Origin: an uncultured Planctomycetaceae bacterium
GTDB taxonomy: Bacteria > Planctomycetota > Planctomycetia > Planctomycetales > Planctomycetaceae
DNA length: 64,000 nucleotides
Assembly: GCA_963813715.1 (NCBI GenBank)
Contig: CAWFAK010000007.1
Location: 864,001 to 928,000, forward strand
Direction: 5' to 3'
The stretch's first letter is position 1; every line of letters begins with the position of its first letter. The notes beneath the pieces were generated by a model. The model ran no database searches and had not been told where the DNA came from. It worked only from the letters and a program-made list of their open reading frames with translations. Of this stretch, positions 1 through 9,796 are shown piece after piece. Made by a program: the position numbers and the translations under genes.

Positions 1-336
1 GAGCTGGGCAGCCATCACGGGCCAAAAAGACGGAAGCAGCGCGATCACCATCGCAGCGGCGGCCAATGCGGCGACACCTACGGCGACTAATGCGCGCTTG
101 GATTTAAGGTAATCAACAAGCGCGCCAGCCGGCGTCTGCGTCACGATCCCGGCCATGCCGCCCACGGTGAGCGCAAGTCCCACCTGCTGCTCGTTCCATT
201 CATAGCCGGCAAGGTAAATCGCGAGGAAAGGCCCAACGCCCGACTGCACGTCGGCGAGGAAGAAATTGAGCCAGTCAAGACCCCGAAGGGTTCGGGCCGA
301 AGGCTGCTTCAATCCGTCTGGGTTTTCGGTCGTCAT
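1..336 (-). CDS. MFS transporter, N-terminal part (runs off window start)
   Basis: Manual translation from ATG at 336: MTTENPDGLKQPSARTLRGLDWLNFFLADVQSGVGPFLAIYLAGYGWNEQQVGLALTVGGMAGIVTQTPAGALVDYLKSKR. Hydrophobic helices and an MFS motif-A-like GxLxDxxxxKR. Confidence 0.85.
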   Translation of the reverse strand, partial: MTTENPDGLKQPSARTLRGLDWLNFFLADVQSGVGPFLAIYLAGYEWNEQQVGLALTVGGMAGIVTQTPAGALVDYLKSKRALVAVGVAALAAAAMVIALLPSFWPVMAAQL

Positions 337-554
337 TGCAAGCTGCATGAGAAAAGACTTTGGAGGCGGGCTCCGGGAAACGGCATGACGACGCCGGTGA
401 TTTCGGGCAGGAAGAAGTTGGCCGCGTTGAGGCCGACTCGGCTCCGCCAGGAGATCGCGTTAGGGGCCGTCTCCGTTACGGGAATTGGTGGTGGCAACCC
501 CCTCGCTTGCAGGTCGGGCGCTTGCCGGCCAGATTCGGTTGCGCAAATCATCAA
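333..554 (-). pseudogene. Truncated remnant of a paralogous MFS transporter N-terminus
   Basis: SWRSRVGLNAANFFLPEITGVVMPF parallels the neighbouring MFS TM1 (RTLRGLDWLNFFLADVQSGVGPF), then the ORF stops. Confidence 0.5.
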
Positions 555-610
555 TGGAACCTACTCTTGGAAAGTAAACTTGGCGTCGGTATGGCATGCG
601 ACATCGACAA

Positions 611-1672
611 TCAACAGAATGCTGTGTTCGTGACCGCGGGATGGACCATTGGAACGGCCGTGTAACGCCCCGTCGGATCAGCGATGAATTCGATTCGCTG
701 ACTGGCCGTCTGCCCCCGCATGTCGGTCACGCGGACTTCCAGCGCATGTTCGCCTTTAGTCAGCTCGGCACCTGCGAGCGAATGCGAAAAGGACCCGGGT
801 GCCGCGGCCATCAATGCAAACCATTCGCCACCGTCGATCCGGGCCTCCGCCCCTTGCAACGGGGCCTGTGACCAGGCTCGTGCGCAAATCTCGTAATTCT
901 GGCAAACGACGTGCCGCGGCCCTGTCGCCAGCAGCTTTTCACGCGGATGAGTGATCAGCAGCAAAGGGCCGGTCTCTTCGATGGTGCGATACGTCACCGC
1001 CAGGTCTTCCCCCTCGAGGTGCGCGATGGTGTAACCGGGCGGTCCTCCCTCGGGATCGCCAATCGAGCGGCTGGTGACGAAAACGTTGCGGCCGTCGTTG
1101 GCAACTTGACCGTAGTGTGTGTGCCCCGTGAAGACAGCCGCGATGCGGCGGGTCTGCACGATCTCGCGCCAGTCGTCAATCCCCGGTCCAGCGAAGTCCT
1201 CCCAAATCTGATAGGGATAGTTGTGCTGAAACAAAACGACCCGCTCGCTCGCCGCGACGGCCGCGTCGACCTCGCCGCGCAGCCACGTCACTTGCCGAGG
1301 TGACAATCCGATGGGTGCCGCTTCCTGCGTGTTCAAACGTAAGCAGCGGAAGCCACGCAAAGAGAGCGAGCCGACGGGGTCGGCGACGTGAGCGCGGAAC
1401 AGCCCCGCCAGCGGATCGTGCTGAGCGTCGTGATCACCGACGAGTGCGAACCGGGGGACGGTGAGCCGGCGGCACAAGTCGCTGAATAGCTCGAACTGCG
1501 CGTCGGTCGCGTCCTGCACGTTGTCCCCGATGAACTGGACGAAGTCGGGGCGAATCAGCCGGTTCACCTCGTCCACCATCCAGAGGGCGGCTTGGTGATT
1601 GACCAAACCTGGCTCCGTCAGGTGCAAGTCGCCCGGCACGACGAAGGTGATTCGGCGATTGGGTTCCTCCAT
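611..1672 (-). CDS. Calcineurin-like metallophosphoesterase with C-terminal Ig-like domain
   Basis: Motifs DLH, GDNVQD, GDHD, H and GHTH; beta-rich C-terminus (GEHALEVRVTD); GAGGAG RBS upstream. Confidence 0.88.
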   Translation of the reverse strand: MEEPNRRITFVVPGDLHLTEPGLVNHQAALWMVDEVNRLIRPDFVQFIGDNVQDATDAQFELFSDLCRRLTVPRFALVGDHDAQHDPLAGLFRAHVADPVGSLSLRGFRCLRLNTQEAAPIGLSPRQVTWLRGEVDAAVAASERVVLFQHNYPYQIWEDFAGPGIDDWREIVQTRRIAAVFTGHTHYGQVANDGRNVFVTSRSIGDPEGGPPGYTIAHLEGEDLAVTYRTIEETGPLLLITHPREKLLATGPRHVVCQNYEICARAWSQAPLQGAEARIDGGEWFALMAAAPGSFSHSLAGAELTKGEHALEVRVTDMRGQTASQRIEFIADPTGRYTAVPMVHPAVTNTAFC

Positions 1673-2119
1673 CGTTGGTCTCCTCGCATCGATGACTTGA
1701 GCTCTTTAGTCCTGTTTCTTGTTGTTCGCTCCTCGCCGGAAACGCAAAAGCCAGACCGCTGGGACCTCAAAATGCCGCCCGCCGCAATTACATCGCGACT
1801 GTCACAGGCATCTGCGGGTTAAGAAGCTTCCTTTCACGAGCAACGCAGTCTGTGCACGTCCATTCACGAACGAAGCGATTTGGGCAGGATTTCCCCGGCC
1901 ATGGGGGAATCGTGCCCAAACTAGGCGAGCTAACCTCGCGATTCGGTTTTTCTTTCTCCCCGATTTCAGGGCAACCGAGAATTCGCGAATCGACTTATAG
2001 GTCGTCGCCACGGACCGCAGCACATCATTGCCCCGTTGGATTTGCGCTGTGAGCGTTTGCTTGATGGACGCAGAACCTTGTCGGCTCTGACTGCAACGGA
2101 TCGGCGTCGTCGTCCGATT

Positions 2120-2135
2120 CGGCATGACGGTTGCG
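2120..2135 (+). promoter_or_regulatory. Putative sigma-54 (-24/-12) promoter
   Basis: cGGcatgacggttGCg = GG-N10-GC, upstream of an operon that encodes a sigma-54 activator. Confidence 0.6.
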
Positions 2136-2250
2136 TTCCGCGACTGATGAGCCAAGGTGAGCACCGCCATCTTCGGAGATGGCACACCTGATAAGTCAGC
2201 CCGGGATTAAGGGCTCCATTCCCGGCGCCTCGCAAAAGAGGAGACTCACG

Positions 2251-3462
2251 ATGAAGGCGTTCTACGGAAAATTGAGCGGCCGGCTTTTTCTGCTCGGATT
2301 GCCGGCAGCAGCTGGTCTGTTGTTTTTAGTCCCTGCCGAAATCAAGGCGCAACTACCCGACGCCGCGCAAGCGACGGAGGCGAGGGGCAATGTCCAGCGC
2401 ATGACGACGACTCCACGGGGAGAGATCGATGGCGCCGTCCTCGATAACGGGACGGCGCTTCACTGGCCTCCCCACATGCAGGACCGATTCGCCAACCTCA
2501 TCAAACAGGGAGACCAGGTTCGGGCCACCGGGCGCTCGGAAACCGGCCCCGCCGGCGACACCCACTTCGAGATTCAGAATGTGACCAATCTCCGGACCAA
2601 CGTTACGGCCGAGAATCCGGATTTCGCAAATGGACCGCCGCTTCCTGGGCGAGGCCCGCGCGGACGAAGGCTGCCTCCGCCACCCCTTGGTTCAAATGCC
2701 GGGCTCGCATTGGACGCCCGAAATCAATCGTCCGCCATTAAGGTTCGCGGTGGTGTCCAACGTATGACCACCGCTCCGCGGGGAGAGATCGACGGAGCAG
2801 TTCTCGACAACGGAACGTGGCTCCATTGGCCGCCGCACATGCAGGCGCAATTCAGCAACGCGATCAAAGCGGGCGATCAGGTTCGAGCGAATCGGCGCAC
2901 AGAAACCGGCCCGGCTGGCGACACGCACTTCGAAGTCCAAAGCGTCACGAACCTGCGATCGAACGCGACGGCCGAGAATCCCGACTATGCATTCGGACCG
3001 CCATCTCCCCCGATCGGCCCGCAGGGTCCTGCGGGCCGGATGCCGCCGGGACCTGCTCCTGCCGGAAACTTCACCGAAGTCCGAGGCACGGTCCGCAGCA
3101 TGACGACGGCGCCACGCGGCGAAGTTGACGGCGCGATGCTGGATAACGGCACGTCGCTTCACTGGCCGCCGCACATGCAAGATCGATTCGCGGCCGCGAT
3201 CAAAGTGGGCGACCAGGTTCGAGCGACCGGGCGCACCGAGACTGGCCCGGCCGGCGATGGGCACTTTGAAGTCCAGAGCGTAACGAATGTGGGAACCAAC
3301 GCCACGGTCGCGAATCCCGATCTGGCGGGTGGCCCGGCAGGAGCGGCGCAGCCGATCATCCCGAATACCGCCATCGAACTGGAGCAAAGGTTACGAGACC
3401 TGGCAAACCAGGTTGAGCAATTACGTCGTGAAGTCGCCGAGCTTCGGGGCGCTAAGAAGTAA
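2251..3462 (+). CDS. Exported protein with three tandem ~80-aa OB-fold-like repeats and a C-terminal coiled coil
   Basis: GAGGAG RBS before ATG 2251; signal-peptide-like N-terminus; repeat RGxVxxMTTxPRGExDGAxLDNGTxLHWPPHMQ...ETGPAGDxHFExQxVTN x3 with Pro-rich linkers. Confidence 0.8.
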   Translation: MKAFYGKLSGRLFLLGLPAAAGLLFLVPAEIKAQLPDAAQATEARGNVQRMTTTPRGEIDGAVLDNGTALHWPPHMQDRFANLIKQGDQVRATGRSETGPAGDTHFEIQNVTNLRTNVTAENPDFANGPPLPGRGPRGRRLPPPPLGSNAGLALDARNQSSAIKVRGGVQRMTTAPRGEIDGAVLDNGTWLHWPPHMQAQFSNAIKAGDQVRANRRTETGPAGDTHFEVQSVTNLRSNATAENPDYAFGPPSPPIGPQGPAGRMPPGPAPAGNFTEVRGTVRSMTTAPRGEVDGAMLDNGTSLHWPPHMQDRFAAAIKVGDQVRATGRTETGPAGDGHFEVQSVTNVGTNATVANPDLAGGPAGAAQPIIPNTAIELEQRLRDLANQVEQLRREVAELRGAKK

Positions 3463-3550
3463 TCCTGCATCAAACGCAGGAAAACTCCGGATCATTACCC
3501 GCGTCGTTTTCATCCCCGGTCGGGCTCGCAACTAAGCCGCCCGGCTGAGG

Positions 3551-5065
3551 ATGAAATTGCAATCACCGATCTGGGAACACAGAAATGCCGCACGCCATTG
3601 TCGCAAGAGCCATTCTGTTGGCCGTAAACTGAATCAATCCCCGGAGCGACGGAGTAGACTCCACGTAGGCGGGAGTCTTGTTGTGCTGCAAAGACCCAGT
3701 ACATTCTGGCAAACGATCATTGTCTGGCTGCTGTTCCTGGCGTCCGTCGGGACGCTCTTGTTCAACAGCTTTGTCGCATTTCTGTTGCCGCGCCAGGAGC
3801 AATCGGTTCGCGACCTGCTTCGGACGGCCACGTCGAAGCTCGTCCAAGCGGCCGAACCGGACGCCGACCAGTTCTCAACATCCGTCAAACCGCTGTCGCA
3901 AGAAGCGAACCTCCGGCTGGAAACCCTTACCGACAGCGTGTTGCGAAACTATCCGGGAGTCGAAGGCGGATTCTTCGTCAATCACGATCGCGATGAATTC
4001 GCCGGCTACGCGTTTCCAACCGGCCCCGGCGGCGGCCCGCACGGCCCGAAGAGACGCGATCCTCCGCCCCGAGAAGAGCCATATATTCGCCTGCAGGCGC
4101 GGCAAAGCGCTTCACAGGGCGAAGGCAGCATCATCGTGCAATCGCTGGACGTGGGCCCGAGTCGCGTCGTCGTGACCACGTCCCCGGTCGGCGAGAGACG
4201 CCCCGCGCCGCTCGTCGTATGGATGATGTACCGCGTCACCGGCCCCGAGAGCCAACTCGCTCAAGTCACTCGATATCGGCTTTCGACGTTACTGGCGCTA
4301 GGCGGAATCCTGGCCGCGTTGGCATTGACGTGGAATCTGCAGCGAACTCTGCGCCGGGAACGTGAGGATCGTGAGCGGCTGCGCGACGAATTGCGAAGAT
4401 CCGAACACCTGGCGTCTCTCGGCATGCTTTTGGCAAGAGTTGCCCACGAAGTTCGCAACCCGCTAGCCGGGATTAGATCGACCGCTCAGCTCTGGAAACG
4501 ATTGCCAGAGGAGTCCCGGACGCCAGAATCGCTGGACGCAGTCGTTGACGCGGTCGACCGTATCAATGCCTTGGTATCCCAGTTACTTTACTTCTCTCGT
4601 TCTGAAACTGCTGCTCGCCAAAGCGTGGATTTGAACGACGTTGTTCGCGAAGCGTTCGAGCTGCTGCGAGCGCAGGCGGCACAGCAAAACGTGCGTGTGG
4701 ACGTCGACTTGGAGCCCGATCTTCCCAAGATTCGCGGGTCCGCCGCAGGTTTGCGACAAGTGGTCTTGAATCTGGCCACGAATGCCCTGCAAGCCATTCC
4801 GCAATCGGGGCGTCTCGCCTGCCGAACTCGGCACCTCGCGTCCACTCATGTTGTCGAGCTCGAAATCGCCGACACTGGACCGGGCATCGATCCGGAGGTC
4901 CGCGCGCGGCTCTTCGAGCCGTTTTTCACGATGCGCCCCCAGGGAACTGGACTTGGCCTTTCCCTCTGCCGCGAAATCGTATTGCAACACGACGGAACAA
5001 TCGACCTCATCCCGGCAACACCGCATGGGACCGTTTGCCGAGTCGTGCTCCCAGTCGAAGAATGA
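3551..5065 (+). CDS. Membrane sensor histidine kinase (start uncertain)
   Basis: Two TM segments; H-box AHEVRNPL, N-box LNLATNALQA, DTGPGI, FEPFFT, GTGLGL. Confidence 0.93.
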   Translation: MKLQSPIWEHRNAARHCRKSHSVGRKLNQSPERRSRLHVGGSLVVLQRPSTFWQTIIVWLLFLASVGTLLFNSFVAFLLPRQEQSVRDLLRTATSKLVQAAEPDADQFSTSVKPLSQEANLRLETLTDSVLRNYPGVEGGFFVNHDRDEFAGYAFPTGPGGGPHGPKRRDPPPREEPYIRLQARQSASQGEGSIIVQSLDVGPSRVVVTTSPVGERRPAPLVVWMMYRVTGPESQLAQVTRYRLSTLLALGGILAALALTWNLQRTLRREREDRERLRDELRRSEHLASLGMLLARVAHEVRNPLAGIRSTAQLWKRLPEESRTPESLDAVVDAVDRINALVSQLLYFSRSETAARQSVDLNDVVREAFELLRAQAAQQNVRVDVDLEPDLPKIRGSAAGLRQVVLNLATNALQAIPQSGRLACRTRHLASTHVVELEIADTGPGIDPEVRARLFEPFFTMRPQGTGLGLSLCREIVLQHDGTIDLIPATPHGTVCRVVLPVEE

Positions 5066-5112
5066 CGGTCATCTTCATTAAGACAACGACGCCGTGGGCG
5101 AGGATCTTTTGA

Positions 5113-6486
5113 ATGAACCGCCAAACCGATCGCCCAACCATCCTGATCGCTGACGACGATCCGACGATTCGACGCAACCTCGCGATGCTGCTTCAGTCAG
5201 AAAAGTTTGACGTTCGCGAAGCGGCGGATGGTCTTCAAGCCGCCGAGGCGTTGGCGACCGGCTCCATCTCGCTCGCGCTGCTGGATCTGAACATGCCCGG
5301 CCGCGACGGCATGGACGTACTTCGCGCGCACGCGGACCACCTGGAAGAGACGCCGGTGATCGTGATTACGGCCTACGGCGGCTCGAGCGCCGCCATCGAA
5401 GCAATGAAGCTCGGCGCTTACGACTACATCACAAAGCCCTTCGACCTCGATGAAGTACTGTTCACGATTCGCCGGGCTCTGACCCAACAGGCGCTCATCG
5501 CGCAAGTCCAATCGATGTCGACCGAGAATCCCCGCATCGTCGAGGTTCAATCAGACGACGAATTAATCGGGCACAGTGCGGCCATGCTTCACGTCTTCAA
5601 AACGATCGGCCGCGTCGCGACGACGAGCGAACCCGTGCTGATCGCGGGCGAGAGCGGGACGGGCAAGGAGCTGGTCGCGAACGCCATTCACCGCAGCTCG
5701 ACGCGATCCGACAAGCCGTTCATCAAGGTCAATAGCGCGGCGATCAGTCCCGCGCTTCTGGAAAGCGAGATGTTCGGGCACGAGCGGGGCGCATTTACGG
5801 GAGCCGTCGCACAGCGCGTCGGTCGCTTTGAGCAAGCGGACGGCGGCACCTTGTTCCTGGATGAAATCGGTGACATGGACAGGGAACTCCAGGCTAAGCT
5901 GCTGCGTGTTTTGCAAGCCGGACAATTTGAGCGCGTTGGCGGTCAGCAAACGATCCAGACCGACGTCCGCGTCATTTCTGCGACCAACCGCGATCTGGAA
6001 GCGAAAATCGTTGAAGGAACTTTTCGCGAGGACCTGCTCTACCGACTCAACGTCGTGACCATCCACTTGCCGCCCCTTCGCGAGCGCCGCGAGGACATTC
6101 CGTTGATAGCAGAACACGTCATCCGGCGCTTGGCACGCAAATACGATTGGCCGCAATTGGCCCTTTCGGAAGATGCCGCGCGACTACTTTCGACACGTGC
6201 TTGGCCTGGGAATGTCCGAGAGCTGCAAAATGCTCTCGCGCGGGCGGCGATCCTTTCGCGAGGACGAATAATTGAGGTGACCGATCTTGAACTCGAAGCG
6301 AACCGCGCAAAAAGTCAGCCTGCGGCTGCATTCGCGTTGCGCGACATTCTTGCGGAGACGGAGCGTCGCGTGATCGGGCAAGCCCTTGAGCATGCGGAAT
6401 GGAATCGCACCAATGCCGCGAAACTCCTGGGCATCAGCCGTCGCCAACTCTTCGACAAAATTCAACAATACGGCCTGCAAAAGTAG
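5113..6486 (+). CDS. Sigma-54-dependent response regulator (NtrC/AtoC family)
   Basis: REC domain (DDD, DLNMP, KPF); AAA+ motifs [28 protein letters not shown]; Fis-type HTH. Confidence 0.96.
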   Translation: MNRQTDRPTILIADDDPTIRRNLAMLLQSEKFDVREAADGLQAAEALATGSISLALLDLNMPGRDGMDVLRAHADHLEETPVIVITAYGGSSAAIEAMKLGAYDYITKPFDLDEVLFTIRRALTQQALIAQVQSMSTENPRIVEVQSDDELIGHSAAMLHVFKTIGRVATTSEPVLIAGESGTGKELVANAIHRSSTRSDKPFIKVNSAAISPALLESEMFGHERGAFTGAVAQRVGRFEQADGGTLFLDEIGDMDRELQAKLLRVLQAGQFERVGGQQTIQTDVRVISATNRDLEAKIVEGTFREDLLYRLNVVTIHLPPLRERREDIPLIAEHVIRRLARKYDWPQLALSEDAARLLSTRAWPGNVRELQNALARAAILSRGRIIEVTDLELEANRAKSQPAAAFALRDILAETERRVIGQALEHAEWNRTNAAKLLGISRRQLFDKIQQYGLQK

Positions 6487-6687
6487 AGTTTTCGTGAATC
6501 AATCAAACACGGTTAGAGTTGATTGCCGATGGCAATCGATTTGACCGTCCATGAAAGACCAGGGATGGCGGACAGGCAGATCGCAAGTCGCCTGTTGATC
6601 CTTTGCACAAACAATCCAGCTGGAGCCCGACCGTTGTGCCGGCTATAACCAGCATCTCGAGGACAATGGAGCCCGGGGAGTGCTGGC

Positions 6688-6879
6688 GTGGATCGGGTCG
6701 TGACTTATCTGGAGGCGATCGAAGAGATTAGCCGTACCCAGCGCCGACACAAGACAAGCAACGACGCGAACACTTTGGCGCAGCTCGAAAGTGCCCTAGG
6801 TGTCGCCAAGGCGGCCTGGCTGCTGATTCCAAACGAGTGGCAAGCGCGACTGCATCCACCGCCGGAGCGCACGGACTAG
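6688..6879 (+). CDS. Small hypothetical protein
   Basis: 63-aa helical ORF with GGAG RBS before a GTG start. Confidence 0.4.
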   Translation: MDRVVTYLEAIEEISRTQRRHKTSNDANTLAQLESALGVAKAAWLLIPNEWQARLHPPPERTD

Positions 6880-7160
6880 GCAGTAGCCTCGATCGGCCGG
6901 CACGACCTAAACGTGCTGCAATCCTTGTTTCATCTTCTTCGATTGCGGTTTTCGTCTGTTTGGGTCGTTCACTGGGACCCGATCAAAGCCCGCGTCGCCT
7001 TCCGAATCGGCGCCGGCAGACCGTCCCGGGCTGCGATGACACGTTGCAGATCAACATCAGGCACACGATTGTCTCACTCGCGCGCGGCCTGGCTTCCGTA
7101 CGAACACTAGTAGCCTGATGCCAGAAGAGGATTGAACAAAAAGCGCCTTACAACCCTCCC

Positions 7161-7391
7161 CTAGGACCTGCAATCGATGCGAGCGTCCGTATCGAGCGGC
7201 TCGACGGAAACCCGAAATCCCGCCGAAATGAAGTCGCCGGGAAGCTTGGCAATTGCACCCAATGCGTCGTCCCGATTCTCAAAAATCTGGGCATTCGTCT
7301 GCGTGCCAAGCGCTCGCTCGCCGCCACTGTTAGGCGCCGTGAGCCAGAACTTTGCGCCAGTGGAAGTCGTGGCCGTAACCGCGAATCGCAT
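7161..7391 (-). CDS. Small hypothetical protein
   Basis: 76-aa ORF with protein-like composition (MRFAVTATTSTGAKFWL...), divergent from the hybrid kinase. Confidence 0.45.
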   Translation of the reverse strand: MRFAVTATTSTGAKFWLTAPNSGGERALGTQTNAQIFENRDDALGAIAKLPGDFISAGFRVSVEPLDTDARIDCRS

Positions 7392-7569
7392 TCCTGGGCC
7401 CTCCGGTCAAATGCTGATCGCCCCAGCATGGGTGCGAAGCGCCCTGAAATCAAGAGGTGCTTTTCGGGTTGCTTATCCCACAACGACAGGCGAAGGACCA
7501 CCTAACCGCGACGCGTTAGCATCGAACCGCGTCGATTCGCACCCGTCCGATTCTTTGGAAAGTCATCGG

Positions 7570-7585
7570 GGGCATCGCTTTTGCT
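7570..7585 (+). promoter_or_regulatory. Putative sigma-54 promoter
   Basis: gGGcatcgcttttGCt = GG-N10-GC about 45 nt upstream of ATG 7630. Confidence 0.5.
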
Positions 7586-7629
7586 CTAGGGAGACCGGCG
7601 GCGTTCGGTCGAGGCAGGAGTGGTCAAAA

Positions 7630-9165
7630 ATGACGCCCAAGGAAACGAACCCCGTCCGGTGGACGGACGAAGAGCGATGGCAGTTCTTGATGGAGAACGT
7701 CAAGGACTATGGGATTTTCATGCTCGACCCGGAAGGCAGCATCGTCACCTGGAGCATCGGGGCCGAACGCATCTTAGGCTACAAGGAAGAGGAGATCCTG
7801 GGCCGCAATTTTTGTGAGATATTCACTTCTCACGACGTCAGCAAGGATCAGCCGAGGCTCGAGCTATCCGAGGCCCGTCAAAAGGGCCGAGCCGAGGATG
7901 AACGCTGGCACGTTCGCAAGGACGGCTCGCGTTTTTGGGCAAGTGGAGTAGTGAGTCCCCTGTGGGACGATCACGGATCGCTGCGAGGCTTCGCCAAAGT
8001 TCTTCGCGACATCACCGAACGCAAGCGGTATGAAGACCGAATCGCCGAAGAGAACCAGCGGAAGGACGAATTCCTCGCGATGTTGTCGCATGAATTGCGC
8101 AATCCGCTAGCCGCCATCTCCAACGCGGCGCGTCTACTTAGGCTGGAACAAACATCGTCCACCGTGGACGATGCGGCCAGCATCATCGAGCGCCAGATCA
8201 GCGGGTTAGTTGAGCTGGTCAATGATCTGACCGACGTTTCGAGGATGACGACCGGTAAGATCCAGCTGCATGTGGAACGAGTTCAGTTGAATGACGTCGT
8301 GAGCCGAGCTGTCGAATCGGTTCAGCACGTTTTGGGCGAGCGCCATCATCAGCTTGCGATCTCAGTCCCCCACGAAGCGATCTGGGTCAACGCCGACGCA
8401 AATCGATTACAGCAAGCGTTAGCAAACGTACTGAACAACGCGGCCAAATACACCGATCCTGGTGGACGGATTAGCGTGGCCGTGGAACGGCTCGGGAATG
8501 AGGCGTTCGTCAAGATTAAGGACAATGGGACAGGGATTTCGGCGGAGATGTTGGATCGCATTTTCGAGCTCTTCATTCAAGCCGACCGATCGCTTGACCG
8601 TTCGCAGGGAGGCTTGGGCATCGGTCTCGCTCTCGTTCGTCGATTAGTCGAGATGCACGGTGGCAGAATCCAGGCATTCAGCGCTGGCAACGGTCAGGGC
8701 AGTGAATTTGTCATCCGGCTGCCGGTTGTGCCCGAAGTAACCGCACCGGATTCCCAAGCACAGAGTGAGCCCATTGCTCCAGGCAAAGAACTGCAGCTCG
8801 TTTTGGCGGAAGACAACCGCGACACTGCGCAAACAATGGCGTTGCTCCTAAAGGGATTGGGCCACAAAGTCCGCGTCTTTTACGACGGCCCGGCGGCGCT
8901 TCAAGCAGTGCAGGGCAACAAACCGGACGTTTTACTTCTCGATCTCGGCCTTCCTGGGCTAAACGGTTTTGAGGTCGCCGAGCGTGTGCGGCAAGACCGG
9001 GCGTTGGACACTGTTCATCTAATCGCCATTTCTGGCTACGGCCAGTCCCAGGATCGCGAGCGATCGCGAGCGGCCGGATTCGAACGCCATTTGGTCAAGC
9101 CCGTCAGCCTCGAACAAGTTCAGGACGTGTTGAGCCAATTGATCGGGGAAGAAGATCAAAAGTGA
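7630..9165 (+). CDS. PAS/PAC hybrid histidine kinase-response regulator
   Basis: GGAG RBS and ATG 7630; PAS (IFMLDPEG...WHVRKDGSRFWA), SHELRNPL, NNAAKYT, GLGIGL; C-terminal REC (DLGLP, VKP). Confidence 0.93.
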   Translation: MTPKETNPVRWTDEERWQFLMENVKDYGIFMLDPEGSIVTWSIGAERILGYKEEEILGRNFCEIFTSHDVSKDQPRLELSEARQKGRAEDERWHVRKDGSRFWASGVVSPLWDDHGSLRGFAKVLRDITERKRYEDRIAEENQRKDEFLAMLSHELRNPLAAISNAARLLRLEQTSSTVDDAASIIERQISGLVELVNDLTDVSRMTTGKIQLHVERVQLNDVVSRAVESVQHVLGERHHQLAISVPHEAIWVNADANRLQQALANVLNNAAKYTDPGGRISVAVERLGNEAFVKIKDNGTGISAEMLDRIFELFIQADRSLDRSQGGLGIGLALVRRLVEMHGGRIQAFSAGNGQGSEFVIRLPVVPEVTAPDSQAQSEPIAPGKELQLVLAEDNRDTAQTMALLLKGLGHKVRVFYDGPAALQAVQGNKPDVLLLDLGLPGLNGFEVAERVRQDRALDTVHLIAISGYGQSQDRERSRAAGFERHLVKPVSLEQVQDVLSQLIGEEDQK

Positions 9166-9796
9166 CCGCTGCCACGAAAAAATGCCTCGATGTCAGGACT
9201 CTGAGTTCACTTTCACCTTGCCCCTCTGTCCAAGCGCTCTCCACGTCCTAATTCAAGCAGGTCCTTCACATCGTTCTTGGTACGATGCCTAGTTTCCGAA
9301 TTGCGCTTGACGATGGACCTCGAAGAGGGAGGACACTCTGGTCGCTCCTTCGCAATTAGCAGAGGGTGGGGCGAACCTAGCGCCAGGGAGAAATCGTCGC
9401 GGCGACCGAACTGTGTGGCGCGCTTGTGGAAAAGCGGTGCCGGGACAGATGAGGCTGTCAGGACTGATCCTGTGCACTTCATTCGACCGGCCGGCGTGTT
9501 GAGCCAGCCATCGACGGCTCGCCGGACTTGGCACCGAGGTCTTCGATCGGCGGATAGTGGAGAGCGAGGGATACGACGACGCGCTGCGGCATTCAGGCTA
9601 ACTCAACCGCTTTCCGCAAACGCCAACAAACGCGAGCCAAGAACTCGCACCCGTCCCCCCCCGCGCCGCAGCCCAATGGCAATCGCACCGCGTAAGCCGC
9701 GCACGATCACTTTGCTTTGTGCTGGTCCACAATCTCAAGCGTTTTCTGCGGACGCCGAAAATCGACCCGGTTCAGCTCACGATCTCTGCTTCGAGC

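Noticed and set aside
7177..7629. 151-aa N-terminal extension of the hybrid kinase
   Set aside because: The RBS and sigma-54 site point to ATG 7630, and the extension overlaps a divergent ORF.
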